A stretch of DNA of 64,000 bases, from NCBI GenBank assembly GCA_013239625.1, contig MU053873.1, forward strand, positions 2,184,524 through 2,248,523, written 5' to 3'. Made by a program: the position numbers and the translations under genes. This document shows positions 46,721 to 59,979 of the stretch, one piece after another; the stretch's first letter is position 1, and every line of letters begins with the position of its first letter. The notes under the pieces are model-generated. The model worked only from the letters and a program-made list of their open reading frames with translations, made no database searches and had not been told where the DNA came from. Origin of the DNA: Lama guanicoe. Its lineage: Eukaryota.

Positions 46721-46859
46721 TCTTCCCATGGGAAAGAATCATAGATGTTTGATGACTGTTTAGTGGTTAAAATGAATACTGTGTCATTGATGGAGTTCTG
46801 CAAAACTGCATTTGTTTTAGCTCCTCTGACCTTTCCTTCCAGGTCAGGCTTCCAGCACC

Positions 46860-47800
46860 TTCCAAATGTGTTTCAGGGGAAACCCTGACATTATTTTGAG
46901 AAAACAAATTTGCAACCTAATTGCAGCAGCAGGGCAGAGGGACGTCATCAGACAGAGGCTGACAGCAAGACTTGAGATACACCAACACTCCAAAGTTTTG
47001 CAACGGGAACTTTTCCAGCTGCAGACAGTCTCCCCCCCAGGTTGTGTCCCGCACTGCGTTCAAGCACACGTGCATGTGGGCGTGTAAACATGCTTGCCTG
47101 CACACATTTTTCAAAGTTGCTTTCCGCAGAAATTAAGGGGAAAAAAAAAGAGATTTGTTGCTTTCTAAACTTTCACAATTTCAACATCTGCCTGTTTGGG
47201 TAAATTTGACAAGGATGATCTCTTTCGTCTTCTCTCTCCTTTATTATCTTTCTTCTGTTCCCTCTCGAACCCAGAAATTCCGCGAGAAGCGTTTTGAGCA
47301 GTGCGAGCTGACAAGTGTACCCGGGCCGTCCGCAGCCTGGGATGGAGCGGCGCCGTCACTAACTTGCCAGACAGGAGCTAGATTACAATCATAAATAAAT
47401 GATTTGCTGTCTCTTTGCATTCAGACTTGTACCTTTTAAAGTGTGCCTGTCATCGCGGAATCAGATTTAGTCAAATGCTGTGTAACTACAAAATTATCCT
47501 CTCCTTACCTTTTTATTCTCCCTATAATGGACAGTTAAATTGGATTTTCAAATTTGAAGTGCATATGTTTTTCAAATCCCCAGAGGCTGTCTATTTTTTC
47601 ATTTCTAAAGCAACTCACTAATGTTTATCATTACCACACAGAAATATTACAATTCTTAAGGGGCGCCTTACAAAATCAGCGCGGGAGAAATGTGCTTTAT
47701 CGTCTCAAAATGAAACCAATTTCTCAGCTGATTTGCAATTTATTTACATGTTAGCATTTGATTTCCGGCTGATTTATAACTCCACACGGCTCTGTCTCGG
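46860..47800. promoter_or_regulatory. Long repeat-free CNE-like block
   Basis: ~0.9 kb without recognisable repeats, AT-rich with scattered CpGs; GACGTCA, CACGTG, TGACA, TCATAAA motifs. Confidence 0.4.
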
Positions 47801-48209
47801 GGTTTATTTAGAAAGCAGACAACGGTGGTCGGGGGTGGCTGTGGAGCTCTGCGTGGCCCGGGAGGTCCGCTTCCGCCTCGGGGAGTTGGCGATGCCAGTC
47901 CTGAAACTCTTGTTTTAGTTCCTCCTTCAGCGAATTCAACACTCCAGCCCATGAAAATACAGGGGGTCCTAGGCCCAGCCACTGCACAGAGAGGAGATGC
48001 AGAGGGACCTCCTTTCCAAAGGAGTACATCACCTCCTCTGCAGTGAGCAGGGATGCGCGTGGGAGAAGGGGAGAAGGTGGCTGGGATACAGCGGGCTTGC
48101 ACTCCTCGGCTCATTCACACAGCCCTCATGATGCGTAGTGCGGTGCCTCGATTCAGAGAAGTACTGGAATGGACGGTGGGGATTTACTGGTTTATGGCTC
48201 CATCTGTCT

Positions 48210-48515
48210 GACCATTCATCCATTGATTCATCCATCCATCCAGCTAACCCTTCATCCTTCTAACCATTTACACATCGATTCCTCCATAATCCCCACACCC
48301 TATCCATCCCTTCATCCATCCATCATCCATCTGTCTACATATCCAGCCACCCATCTACCCATCTATGTACCCACTTACCTACCAGCAATCCACCAATCCA
48401 CTCATTCATCATCCATTCATCCATCCCTCAGTCCACCTATCTATGCATCTACTTACCCACCCATTACCCATCCACCTATCCACCCATCCAACTAGCCATC
48501 CATCCATCCATCCAA
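48210..48515. repeat. Degenerate (TCCA)n/(CCAT)n tract
   Basis: Directly visible; adjoins an antisense L2 remnant. Confidence 0.9.
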
Positions 48516-48519
48516 CACA

Positions 48520-49560
48520 CCAATATACACCTTCAAGATGAGTGCAAAAGATACAAAGATGACTAAGAAACTGACAATGTCCTCCCAAAGCTCATGATTA
48601 AGTGAAGGAGACAAACATGTACGTCTCAGGGTTATCATGAAGCTCAAATTACTTAATACATGTCATGGTGCTTAATAAACTGCCGATCACCTTGGAAGTA
48701 GAACCTACCTGTGGAGAGGTCTAACAGGTTAGAGCCTGGGCTCCTGTCCACCTGCTTCCTTCTAGCTGTGGAACCACGACAGACAACTTTGTCTCAGCAA
48801 GCCACAATGTCTGTGTCTATAAAATGGCTGAAGAGGGTAATAATTATTATGATGTCTACTTGGCAGGGATGTTAGGAGAATTCGATGAGATAACACGTAT
48901 CAAATGCTTGGCATGGCGCTGGGGCCATCCTTAGCACTTCATTAGTCTTCCTCTTACTGTTATGATTGTTACCTATGATTGGATTATTAAGTATCATTGC
49001 ACAGTATTGTATATGGGAGGAAAGAATAATTATGTCTGAGAAGATGAGAACGATGTTACAGAAGACATGACTTCTGAGCTGGGTTTATGGAGGGGGGAAG
49101 TTTTTCTCAGGTGCCAAAAGGAATGGCATTTCCAACAGGGAGAACAGCATGCGCACAAGTCTTGTGCCCTGAGGGTGTGACTGAAGAGTTAACAGAAGGA
49201 GAGGGCATGTGGCTGGGGCACAACATCCGTGGGGCAGACTGGAGGAGGCGCCCTTGCATATTAGGATATGGAATGTGGATTTTGTCCTGGGGATGACAGG
49301 AAGCCATTGGGAGGGCTTAACCAATGACATGGCCCCATCCGACTGGCACGTTGGGTAGTTCTGCTGTGTGCAGAGAATGAATCTGGAGGCAGGGATTCTG
49401 GGGCAGGAACTGGAGAAACAGCTCCCTGGAGAGCAGATGAAACAGCATCCGGCTGGCGCAGGGCTGGGGAGAAGGGGCGGATTCGAATGATGGGTTTTTA
49501 AGTAGAATCAGCCAGGACTTGGGGACCAATTGGAGAAAAGAGGAGAAATAATGAGGGTTT
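48520..49560. mobile_element. Antisense L2 interrupted by MIR fragments (~48625-48960)
   Basis: ggaagccattgggagggcttaa, ggaatgtggattttgtcctgggg (L2); gttaggagaattcgatgagataacacgtatcaaatgcttggca (MIR). Confidence 0.7.
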
Positions 49561-49963
49561 CACAGGCATCGTCAGGAGCACCCTATCAGAGGCAAAATCC
49601 CTGGGACTAAGATGAATTTTCCTCCTCACTTTGCTTCTATCTGCCCATGCCATGCAGGGTTTCTCTGAATAAATTTGCATGTGTTTATGCTGCAGGCAGC
49701 CAGCGTTCACTCCTGCAAAAGGAGCATCTCTCGCTCTCTCTCTTTCACTCCCTCCCTCTCTCTCCAAATATGTGCGCACATCCAGCATGATTCCCCTTCT
49801 GGGCAGAGAGTCAGGAGCCAGGAACTTCCTGGGGCTTCCTGAGTAAACTTGGACACATCCTTTTTCTCTCCTGGCTTCGGACAGGAAGATCTCATGTCTC
49901 TGGGTTCTCTCCCTCTCGGATACCATGATACCATGATATCAGGGTACCCTGATGTATACGTGA

Positions 49964-50440
49964 TGTACCAATTAGGACCATTTATGTGGTGAGTAATAGA
50001 AAATCTGATTCAAATTAGCTTAAAAATGAAGCTAGGTGCATGAAACCGAAAAGTTAAGAGATTTCAGCAATCAGGCAAAGCTTGATCCAGCAGGTCAATG
50101 ATGTCTCCCATGAAGAACGCCATTATTTTCAGTCATCTGTCTCCCAAACTGTCAGGTTCATTCGAAGTCGGGTTGCCCCAGGGCTCTTTACAGGACTTAT
50201 AACCACATGATTTTGTGTTCCCACCCAACAGGGAGGAAAGGGCACTGCCCCCAAAGCCCCAAGATCCACCCTCATTGGACAGCTCAGGTCCCATGCCCAC
50301 CTTTGCACCAATCTCTGTGGTCAGAAGGAGCGGCGTGCTGATAGGCTTCTCCTGGGTCACATGCTCCTGCCTCTACATATGGTTACTTGTGCATCTCTAT
50401 ACAGAACCTAGGGATTTCTGGGAAAGGTGGGATGCTGAGA
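49964..50440 (-). mobile_element. MLT1J/L-like LTR remnant
   Basis: gagtaatagaaaatctgattcaaattagcttaaa, gcttgatccagcagg, ccaatctctgtggtcagaagg. Confidence 0.6.
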
Positions 50441-50829
50441 CAGAACCAGCACATGTCCAGGATACATGATGTGGAGAAAACTTGCTGCTCTCTTCATTCC
50501 CAAGGAGAGAGAGGATAGCTTCAAAAACAGACATGGTCTCTGGGAAATTTCCTGGTGATCCACACGAAGGGCATGGAAAAAGCCAAACAATAGTGCTTGA
50601 CTCAGCAGCTTGAAGTGTCCAAGGGCCAGCTGCTCATGCGGAGGTGAAGAGAGTCGGGGTCCCTCCCAAGCTATGGCCTGGGCTTTATAGCATCCACTTC
50701 ATGGCCCAGCCCGGACCACCCAGGACCCGCTACTGAGCACAAGCATCAACCATCCTATGCTGGAGATTTGGAGGGCCAGGCCGGAGCATTCTGGGGCTTA
50801 GAGAAAGATGAAGGGGATTCCAAGTTGGT

Positions 50830-51200
50830 TGTATTAGACAGGATAGGTCAGACCGCACTGCAGTAACAAACAATGCCCCAAACCTTAGCGCCCCAATGAA
50901 GCAAGTGTTTATTTCTCATTCTCGCAAAGTTCATGCTGAGTCTGGATGGCTCTCCAAGAGCTGTCCTTTACATAACCAGTCAACAGTCCCAAGTTTCAGT
51001 CTTACGGCAATGTCATAGCACAGGTGCTTGGCGGTGGGGCAAGAAAGCGTGGAGAATTATGTCCTGGCGCTTAATTTCTCCTGCCTGGAAGTCACACGCA
51101 TCCCTTCTGCTTATAGGGCCATACCCATCCTCAAATAATTTTCCCATGTTCCCTGAAGGAGACATGACTTGGAAATACAAGGGGGAAGTAAAGCTGTCTG
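50830..51200 (-). mobile_element. MLT1K/L-like LTR
   Basis: tgtattagacaggatagg...tgcagtaacaaacaa, cctggaagtcacacgcatcccttctgct. Confidence 0.7.
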
Positions 51201-52050
51201 CCTCAAAAGCAGGAAATGGTTGGCACTTCACTCAGACTCACCTTCACACTCCCCTCAAAGGTGGGAAGGAGAAACCGTTGTTATCGGCTCTCTCCCAGGT
51301 GCTCCGGATTAAGGGATGAACTGCCTTCCAGCAGTTCACATTCAACTTGGGGAGACAGGGCCAATCGTTCAAAAAAAGTGGGGGGGGGGAGGGGAGAAAG
51401 ACAGGGAGAAATGTAATTTTAGAACTTGCTTCCTGAGTTTATTGTGAGGATAAAAAAAGGAGATGAAGCATATGACATCCTTGGCACGCCGCCCGGCAGG
51501 AATAAGAGCTCTATAAATACAAGCTATTATTGCCATTTTACAGATGAGGCAATCAAGGCTCATGGTGGTTGAGTGACTCTCCTGGGGTCATCTAGTGATG
51601 GTCACCCAGTGGGTGGCTGCAGAGTCCTCTGTTAGTCATCCTGCCCTTGACCTCATTCACCCGAGAAACCTGTCTTCCTCTTGCATTGCTCATTCAAAGC
51701 TTGTTAAGGGTTTCCTGCCCAGCTCTGGGCACCACACCCTCTAATTTACAGATGGAGGCTGACCCTAGTGGGTCCGAAGATGAGATGTTCTGCCACTTAC
51801 TGGCCTCTTTATCTGGGTTTGGATCCTTCTGTGACCCCCAACCCTCCCTCAACTAGTAGGTAGTCATGGTTTAATGGTCACATTTGTCACTTCAAGGTGA
51901 TAGGAAAAGGGCTGTCCCACTGCATGACCAAGACTATCTTGGGAGCCCATGGTATGAAGATGTCAACATTCTAAGGTCATTTATCCCATCTTTCTAAGAT
52001 TCCACTGTTTCTCAGCTCTAGAGGCCTGGATTCAACTTCTAAGACTCTGG

Positions 52051-52250
52051 CCAGTACTGTGAGAACTTCCTGAACAATGGAAATATTCTACACCATTGCC
52101 GTTCAGCGTGAAAGCCACTAGTTTCATATGGCTACTGAGCATTAAAATGTGGCTAATGTAAAGGAGGAACTGAATGTTCATTTTATTTAACTTTAATTAA
52201 CTTGAATCTAAATAGTCAAGTGTGGCTGGTGGCTACTGTATTGGGAACCA
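52051..52250. mobile_element. MER3-like hAT-Charlie MITE
   Basis: aatggaaatattcta...gccactag...tggctactgagcatt...aatgtggctaatg...gtggctggtggctactgtattgg. Confidence 0.85.
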
Positions 52251-52419
52251 GAACTTGAAATCCTCTTCTTCCAATTTTCTGTGGTGTTTCGGTTCCTACT
52301 TGCCCACAGAAAGCACAGATGAAAAAGTTCTCAACAGCACCATGACCCCAGTTTGGGTCACTTAACCTGGAATTCAGTAAAAGAAACATGAGTCTTATGT
52401 ATATTATTCGGACAAAAGA

Positions 52420-52800
52420 TGGTACCTTCCAGTAGCAAGGAACCCCAGCTCTCAGTGGCTTGAAACAGCGAAGGTCTGTCTTGCTCATGCTCTGTTCATC
52501 TCAAATTGGCAAGATGTCCTGCTCATCATAGCCATTTGGGTACCCAGGCTAACGGGAAGCCACCTTTTCAAAAGTTGCTGGTCATGGCACCATGGAGGAA
52601 AATGAGCTGTGAAAGGTCTAGGGTTGATTCTTGCATCTGCCCAGAATTGACACACATGGATTCTTTCCCCCAATTCATTGGTCAGAATTATTCACACATC
52701 CCCACCCCAGTGCAGGGGTGCAGAAAATGCAATCGTACGTATTCTGGAAGGGAGGGAAAAAAACACCGGGTCATCTGTACTAATGATTACGTAGTGTGCA
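52420..52800 (-). mobile_element. MLT1K/L-like LTR remnant
   Basis: ctcagtggcttgaaacagcgaagg, ctgcccagaattgacacac...cattggtcaga. Confidence 0.6.
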
Positions 52801-53196
52801 AGGTCAAAAGCTGGGATAGAAGTGGGAGGAAAGTACCAATTCTGGAGAAAAAAACAGCCTGGGATGCTTGAAAGAGCACTGGACTTGGAGTCCAGAGACA
52901 GAGACCGAATTCAGGAGTAGGAGTTGCCACTTATTTGCTCTGTGAGCCTCAATATGCAGTTTTCCTCCCTGGACCTCTAAGGTTTACACTTTAAAATAAT
53001 AACTGAATATATATTATATATATATACATATATAATAATAATTCAATATGTAGTATCTGTGATACACACACAGTCATAGGAGTTATTGTAACTTTATAGT
53101 TACTATCCTGTTCTATGCCTACTTGAACAAGAATCCTGGATCTCTGGGTTAGTAATTTTTTTGGACTTCTATTGGTGATGCATATTCACTTCTTCT

Positions 53197-53658
53197 TGTA
53201 TATAGAGAATGCTTATGTTTCATAGGCTAAGGAATTATTTTCCCAAATAAAAAACTGAATTTCCCACCTTACTTGCATTTAGGGCAGCCACATGACAACT
53301 ACTGTTTAATAACTTGTCAGTGAAAGTTGTTGGATGCATCCTCCAGAAAAGCTGGCTTTGTAAAGGAAACAATCTGAGCCATCACTTAACCTCTTCATCA
53401 TCAGACTCTCACTTTATTCTACTCCGGATGGAGGATGTGATGGCTGGAGCTCCAGCTGTCATTTTGAGAGCATTAGGATGCAGGACACAATTTAGAGATG
53501 GTAGCATGACAGCTAGAAAGAGCCTGGATCTCTGATGGCATCACAGATCTGCCATTCCTCTGACTTATTTTTTGTAAGGGAAAAGTAATTCCCTACCATG
53601 ATAATGTCATTTATGTTTGGATTTTCGATTATGTTTGATCAATCCCTGATGATAAAAC
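53197..53658 (+). mobile_element. MLT1J-like LTR
   Basis: ggatgtgatggctggagctccagctgtcattttg, gaaagagcctggatctctgatggcatc. Confidence 0.7.
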
Positions 53659-53719
53659 ATTCCAAAAATTAACTGCTTTGTTTATGACTAAGAAGTGGTT
53701 CTCTTCCAGGGGTGATAAG

Positions 53720-54095
53720 GAGACTATGGGCAATGGAACCGCATAGACCTGAGTTCCCATTCTGCTATTCAGCAGCTGTGTGACCTCAAGCAGGAGACTC
53801 AGCCTCTCTGACTTCAAGTTTCCTCATTCATAAAATGGGGAAGACAACAAAGCACCCTTCCCCCACACGCAAAGGTGTTTATACAGATTCAGCCAGATGA
53901 CATCCACTGAGTTCTTATTGTCTGGCACATAGTAGGTGTTCAAAACACAGCAACAACAATAACACCTCACACTGTTCTGTACCGACTCTTCTGTGTGCTG
54001 TTCTGAGGGCTTTATACCAACTCGTTTAATCCTCACTAAGCCCTGGGATGGGGGAGGCTTCATGATTCCCATTTTATAGATGAGGAACCTGAAAC
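53720..54095. mobile_element. Tail-to-tail MIR pair
   Basis: gctgtgtgacctcaagc...tttcctcattcataaaatgggg (+) and cccattttatagatgaggaacctga (-). Confidence 0.8.
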
Positions 54096-54369
54096 AATAA
54101 AGTATGCGTTTGAATAACATGTTGAATAAATAAATTAGTACTCCAGGTGTCCCTGAGAATCAGTCATTTTTCATGCTGCCTCCATGGTCTTTTTCACATC
54201 TGACTGGCACCTTGTCACCAATGTATCACTGACTTAATATCTTTCTTTAATTTAATTTTAGATAGAATTATTTTTTAAAATATATTCTCACTCTAATCAA
54301 TAAAATATGCATGGGACCACTGTAGATACACACACGCACGCACGCACACACACAGATATATCTTCACGA

Positions 54370-54930
54370 AAACATATGGCGCTACCTACTTGGCTAAACA
54401 GACATCTGTTATATGCTTATATGCTATACTTTGGCCCAGCAATTCCAGTCCTGCATAGATAAACTATAGGGGAAAAAAATGGTTGGAACCACCCAAAGAT
54501 ACAAGATAGAATTTTACAGCAGCTTGGACAACTCAAATGCCCATCAGTAGTGCAATGGAGACATAAATTAAGATATAGTCATTCAATGGAATACAACTCA
54601 GCAGTAAAAAGCATAGACTACTGATTGATGAAATAACATGATGAAGACATAACATTCGGGGAAAGTTCGATACCAAGGAGTATACACTGGATAAGTCTAT
54701 TCATATGAGGTTTCAAAGTGGGATAGAAGTGAAAGAGGTTAGATGGTGGTTACATCAGGGCAGGTATTAACAGGGAGGGACATGAGGGTGCCGCCTGGGG
54801 GTCTGGAAATGGGTTACATTGTGACCCGGGAGATGGGGATGCACGTGCAAAACTTCACAGACTTCTTCACTTCACACTGATACACTCTACTATAATTAAG
54901 TTACACCTCGATAAAAAGGTCTATTAAAGT
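54370..54930 (+). mobile_element. L1MD/L1ME-type 3' remnant
   Basis: cccagcaattccagtcct, acaactcaaatgcccatcag, attcaatggaatacaactcagcagtaaaaa. Confidence 0.75.
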
Positions 54931-55914
54931 TTATTTAAAAGGATCGAGTGAGTCACAGGGCCACAGGGAGTCCTCCCACACACTGGGAAGCAGTGTTCCC
55001 CACAAAGAACAGGATGCTCTTGGTAAATGCCAACTGAACAGGAGACGGAGTGGTCCCCAGGACCTACACCTTGTAGGGGCACAAGCTGCTCGGTGCCCCA
55101 TCCCTGGTCATCCCCAGGTTCCACGGGGAGGGCTGGGTGCCCCAGCTGCCGAACCCTTTGTGCCTAAGGCTCTGCCAGTTACAGCCAAGCCCCTGAATTA
55201 TAGGCCACCAGCTTCGTTGCTGCCTTCCCCTTCAGGCTGGCTCCTGTTTGATTGCCTCTTTCTCCCTCTTTGGCTCCATAATCCCACAGCTCCCTTCTGA
55301 TGAGGGTAATTGTTTTGGCCGCATGTTAAAACTTAAGGAGATCCTGGTACTTGAGGGGACTTCTCTCCTCTCCTGAGCCCAGTGGGTGGGAGAGCAAAGG
55401 GAAGGAAAGGGAGATGATGGGAAGGTGTGATCCTCAGGCACCTGGGCCACTGTTAGGGAGCATCTGTGCCACAGGATGGAGGATGCTGTGGAGAAGGGAC
55501 AGTGTTGGGAATAAAGTCACATACATCATTCACCTCTAAAGTCTCAGTGTGTGTGTTGAGGTTGGGGGAGAGAGAGAGAGAGACTGAAATAGAAGGAGAC
55601 AGTGACAGAGAGAGGCAGAGAGAGAAGATGCAAGGAGAGACAGCACAGACATTTTCTCTAATGCAAGACCTCGTTCCTACAGCTTTTCAAGGACTCACAA
55701 AAATCTTTGAGACCACTCACCCCACCTCGCAAATTCAGAATATTAAAAGACAACTGCAGAATTAAAATCAAGAGAAGTTTAACCAACCGTCTGTAAGACC
55801 CAGCATCACATCAACCAGGCAACTTTCACTCAACCCAACTCTTCACCATCTCTAAAGTGCATGGAAGTGCAGCCTGTAGGTGGGATATTTCATATTTGAA
55901 ACGTTGCTACGGGA

Positions 55915-56080
55915 GTAGTGCTTGAAAGTTCTCATCGAAAGAAAAGTAAAGATTCTGTAACTCTGTGTGGTGATGGGTATAAACTAGACTTGTTACAATG
56001 ATCATTCTGCAATACCTGGAAATACAGTGTATACCTGAAACTAACATAGTGTTGCATGTCCATTACACCTGAATTAGACT
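55915..56080 (+). mobile_element. L1MA-type 3' end
   Basis: cttgaaagttctcatc...gtaactctgtgtggtgatgg...aactagacttg...tacctgaaactaac. Confidence 0.75.
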
Positions 56081-56295
56081 AAACTTCAGCAAGTTCAGAA
56101 CTACTGTTCTTAGCGTCTATGCTTGATGACCCTGTGGCCTCCTTCTGCACGGAGGACACAGGGATGAGCAAGAGGTGATGACAAGGTGGTTCCAGGGGGT
56201 GCTTACATCTGGGGCAGAAGGGAGCTGCTCTCCAGACAAGCCAAGAAGCCCTTCCTCCCCTTGTTTTCTCTCTGCCATAAGCCTATTTCTAGCGG

Positions 56296-56765
56296 GTGTT
56301 AGTTTCCTGTCGCTGCTGTAACAAATAGCTACCAGCTTGGGGGCTTAAAACAACAGAAATGTATTCTTTTATGCTACTGGAGGCCAGACATCTGACATTA
56401 GCATCACTGAGCCCAAATCAAGGTGTTGGCAGGTCCTCGTCGCCTCCAGAGGCATGAGGGGAGAATCTCTTCCTTGCCTTTTCCAGATTCTTATTGGTGG
56501 CTGCTGGTGTTCCTTGGCTTGTGGCTACGTCACTCCACTCTCTGCTTCCAAGGTCACATCATCTTCTCTGTGTGAGAAGTTTCCCTCTGCCTCTCTCATG
56601 AAGGCACATGTGATGGCCCACTGAGATAAGCCAGGATTATCCCCCCACCTCAAGATCCTTCACCTAATCACATCAGCAAAGACCTTTTGACTTGCAAGAT
56701 AACATTTATAGGTTGCAGGGTTTAGACTTGATATCTCTGGAGGACGTGTTTCAGCCTATACTCGA
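56296..56765 (-). mobile_element. MLT1D/C-like solo LTR
   Basis: gctgctgtaacaaat...gcttaaaacaacagaaatgtattc...atcaaggtgttggcagg...cctcaagatcctt. Confidence 0.85.
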
Positions 56766-57099
56766 CCCAAGGGCTTTTAACCGGGATCACTGGAGTGAGT
56801 TGTTGTATTCCCAACCTATTCCCAACCTGCCTGCCTTCTCCCGACCATAGACTCTGGACCTTGCTGGGCCTGTAATTCTCCTGTGTCAACTTGTCCCCAC
56901 TTTCCATCTCAGCATCAGCTTTGTGAGGCCGAGCAAGAGCTGGGGACAGAGCCAATGAGGAGGCTGACCACTGTGGCATCCCCTACCAGTGCCCCCAGGG
57001 CTATACACAGCCTGGTCACCTCTAAATCTAAGCTTGGACTGAACGCCAGACATCAGGCCCGGAGAGGAGCTGAGGCTGTCAAGAGACACACAGCAAACC

Positions 57100-57690
57100 A
57101 CTCTTTCCTTCATTCAACAGACCTTGACTGGATCCCTTCCAGGTGTCAACCTCTATGCTGACTGCTGAGGACAGAGAGGTGACAAAATCTCCCAACCTAC
57201 CCACTAAACCTCTAATCTAGTAAGGAGGATGAGAGAACAAATTAAATTGGTTATTCAATTCTGCACATGCACAGCAAATGTAAAAATATTGTAGAGAGGA
57301 TGTGCAAGTGGTGGGGGAATAATTTACCCTGCAGAGACTTGAAATGGTTAGCTTCTGAGGGCTCCAAGGGGGAGGTGGCATTTGGTCTGGGTAGGTGTTA
57401 GCACGAGGGGAGCAGGGATGCTCCAGGCTGCAGGAATGACATGTGTAGAGGAGGCCTAGTGTCTGAAAGGGGGAGGCAGGTTGGGGGAGTTCCTACAGCT
57501 CGGAGCTCTGTCTTTAACATGCCATGCTTCACTGCTTCCTTCTCAATGAGTTAGTATTATTATACCCATTTCCTAGATGTTGACACTGAGGCCCCAGCTC
57601 TGGAGAAATTTGCCTGAGATCACATAGCTACAAAGTTCCCACTGGGGTTCATACTCTCATTTTTCTGATCCATAACTCACAATATTTTAG
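57100..57690 (-). mobile_element. L2 remnant followed by MIR
   Basis: ttcattcaacag L2 tail; attatacccatttcctagatg...ttgcctgagatcacatagc. Confidence 0.6.
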
Positions 57691-59629
57691 AGCAAGCTTT
57701 CACTCCGTACCTTTTGACATTCTGCCTTCCTCCCTTAAGACTCCACCCTTTCCCATACCCAGGGGTGTTGGGAAGAGTCATTGCTCCAGTTCCAGTGGCA
57801 ACTCTGATTGCATGCTAAGTGGCTGCCTGGGAGACTTAGATGGCTGCACTGGGTTGTGTGTTCTAGGATCGTCTAGCAATGTCTGCTCTGGGCAGTGGGT
57901 AGAGGAGCAGTGGAACGTACTGCAGACTTGCTAAATTTAGACTAGTGGCTTCATGAAAGAATTGTATTTTTCCCTGGGTTTTCAGGATCAAATCTTTCAT
58001 CCCCAAGTGACCTTCATTATGCAGGAAGGAAGCCAAGTGGTTTTTATGAGGAAGAGTGACTTGTTTACCAGTTGGAAATCCTACGAGGACAAACTTGCCT
58101 CCCACTGGGTCCTGATTTTGGAAAGTTGCTCAGCACCATCTAGTCTTACGCCCCTTCTCAAGTTCTACTTCCTCCTCTGACCTCTTTCTGACTCTTCTTA
58201 TACAAAGCATTTCCCCCATTCCATTTACTTGAGTTTCACAGCAATCAGAACTGCAGAAAGCAACGATCCTACCCAAAGGTAACCAGCTCTTTTCTAAGGG
58301 GAAGCAGAGGCATGAATCAAACAAATAAATATTCTCACCCCTATTCCCCGCCCCCCCCACCACCATTTTTGCTCTTCTTCCAAGGGAGAAGGGAGGGGGA
58401 ATTCTTTAAGGAAACTAGCCTCGCCATCAACACATTTCAGATCCTCACCCGTCTGGCTCGACATTGCAAGTGGCAAACCAACCGGCACACACCACCAAAA
58501 AAAAAGAAAAGAAAAGAAAGAAAGAAAGAAATTCTAACGAGACATTAATAGATAAATAAAAATAGCTTCCACAAGAAACGATGAGGAGTCACGCAACAAA
58601 ATGATTTCTCTCTGTGCGCGTAAACTCGTGAATAATCAAATCGCACGGTCCCCAAACGAGAAGCCAAGCCCAGGTCTTGTCAACCTCATCCCAGTTTCCT
58701 CCTGGAAGGTCACCTCAAACCTTTTCAGGCCTGGGTGTCTCTGTCCCTCACTTCTCCTCCTCCCATCCCCCCAGCATCCCCACCTCCTCTTTAGAGAGGA
58801 GAAATTAATTCCCAGTGCTATGGAAACGTGCAGAAAATCTGAATGGAAGGCTAGGGCACCACTCATGAATCATCAAGCAGAAAGGGGAGCTCGATAAAAT
58901 ATTGGGGGGGGTGTCCCCAGGCCATGGCCTTTGTGAGCTGAACCAGAGCCTTTGCTTCAAGCTTCTTTGGTGTCACATTTTAACCTACCAGCTGCCTTGA
59001 GAAGCAAGATGATCTTCCCTGCCTTTTTTCTTTTCCCTTTAAACAATTTTTTATTTTTTTTATTTTTTTATTTTCCCTCATGTGCTAAGGGAGGAAACAG
59101 TGACAGGGACAAGTGACAGCTCGCTAATTATTCCCTTACTGCCACTGCTGTTCTGGCTTTGGACGCATTGCTCATTTCTCCCCGTCTTCGCACTGAATAA
59201 TGCATAGGTCCCTATCTGTATTCAAGCGGCACCTCCGGGGACCGCCAGCCTAACTAGCTGATAACTGATTCAGTTTGTAAGCAGGGCCTCTGGGAGTTGC
59301 AAGGAAAAGTAGCCAAGAACAAATTTAACACTTCTTCCTCATTGCTTCAGAACATCAAGGAGAGGCAGGTTGGGAAGCAGGTGGGGATACGTGCTGGGCC
59401 CTTGAAAGGTACTTGACCTCAAGTCAGGGGAAGAGAACCTTGGCTCCAGCTGTGAGGAGAGGATGGAATGATGAAGGTGATGAGGATGTGATGAAAGCAG
59501 CTCAGGCTAGTTGAAGGCTTACTATGTGTCTACCCATCGCACTGAACACTTTGCATGCATTCTCTCTTGTAATCATCACAAGAATCCCTTGCCTGCAGTG
59601 CGTGGGCAGATATATCAGTTAGCTCTGAC

Positions 59630-59880
59630 CGTGGTAATGCTGCATAACAAATGGCCACCTGCATTTCAGTATCTGTCAATAACACACATTTATTATTTCC
59701 TTATTCACAGGTCTGCAGGTAGGTCAGCCTCATGCTGATCTCAGCTGTGCTCAGCTGAGCTTGGCTTCGCAGACTGTGGGTCTGGCTCAGATCTGCTCTA
59801 AGTATCTCATTCTGGGGCCCAGGCTGAAGTAGGTGGTGGTGTGACTGGGTCAGGACCTCTCTTTCCCCTGCCCCAAGCAA
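59630..59880 (-). mobile_element. MLT1H/I-like LTR fragment
   Basis: atcagttagct...gtaatgctgcataacaaa...catttattatt. Confidence 0.65.
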
Positions 59881-59979
59881 ATACAACTTCTGCAAAAATA
59901 CTTCTATCCTTTGGTCTCCAGACTGGGCTCTCCATTAAATGATGCCAGAAATCTACCACTCAAATGACAATGATCATTG

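Noticed and set aside
48169..48495. His/Pro/Ser-rich 108 aa ORF
   Set aside because: Translation of the (TCCA)n tract
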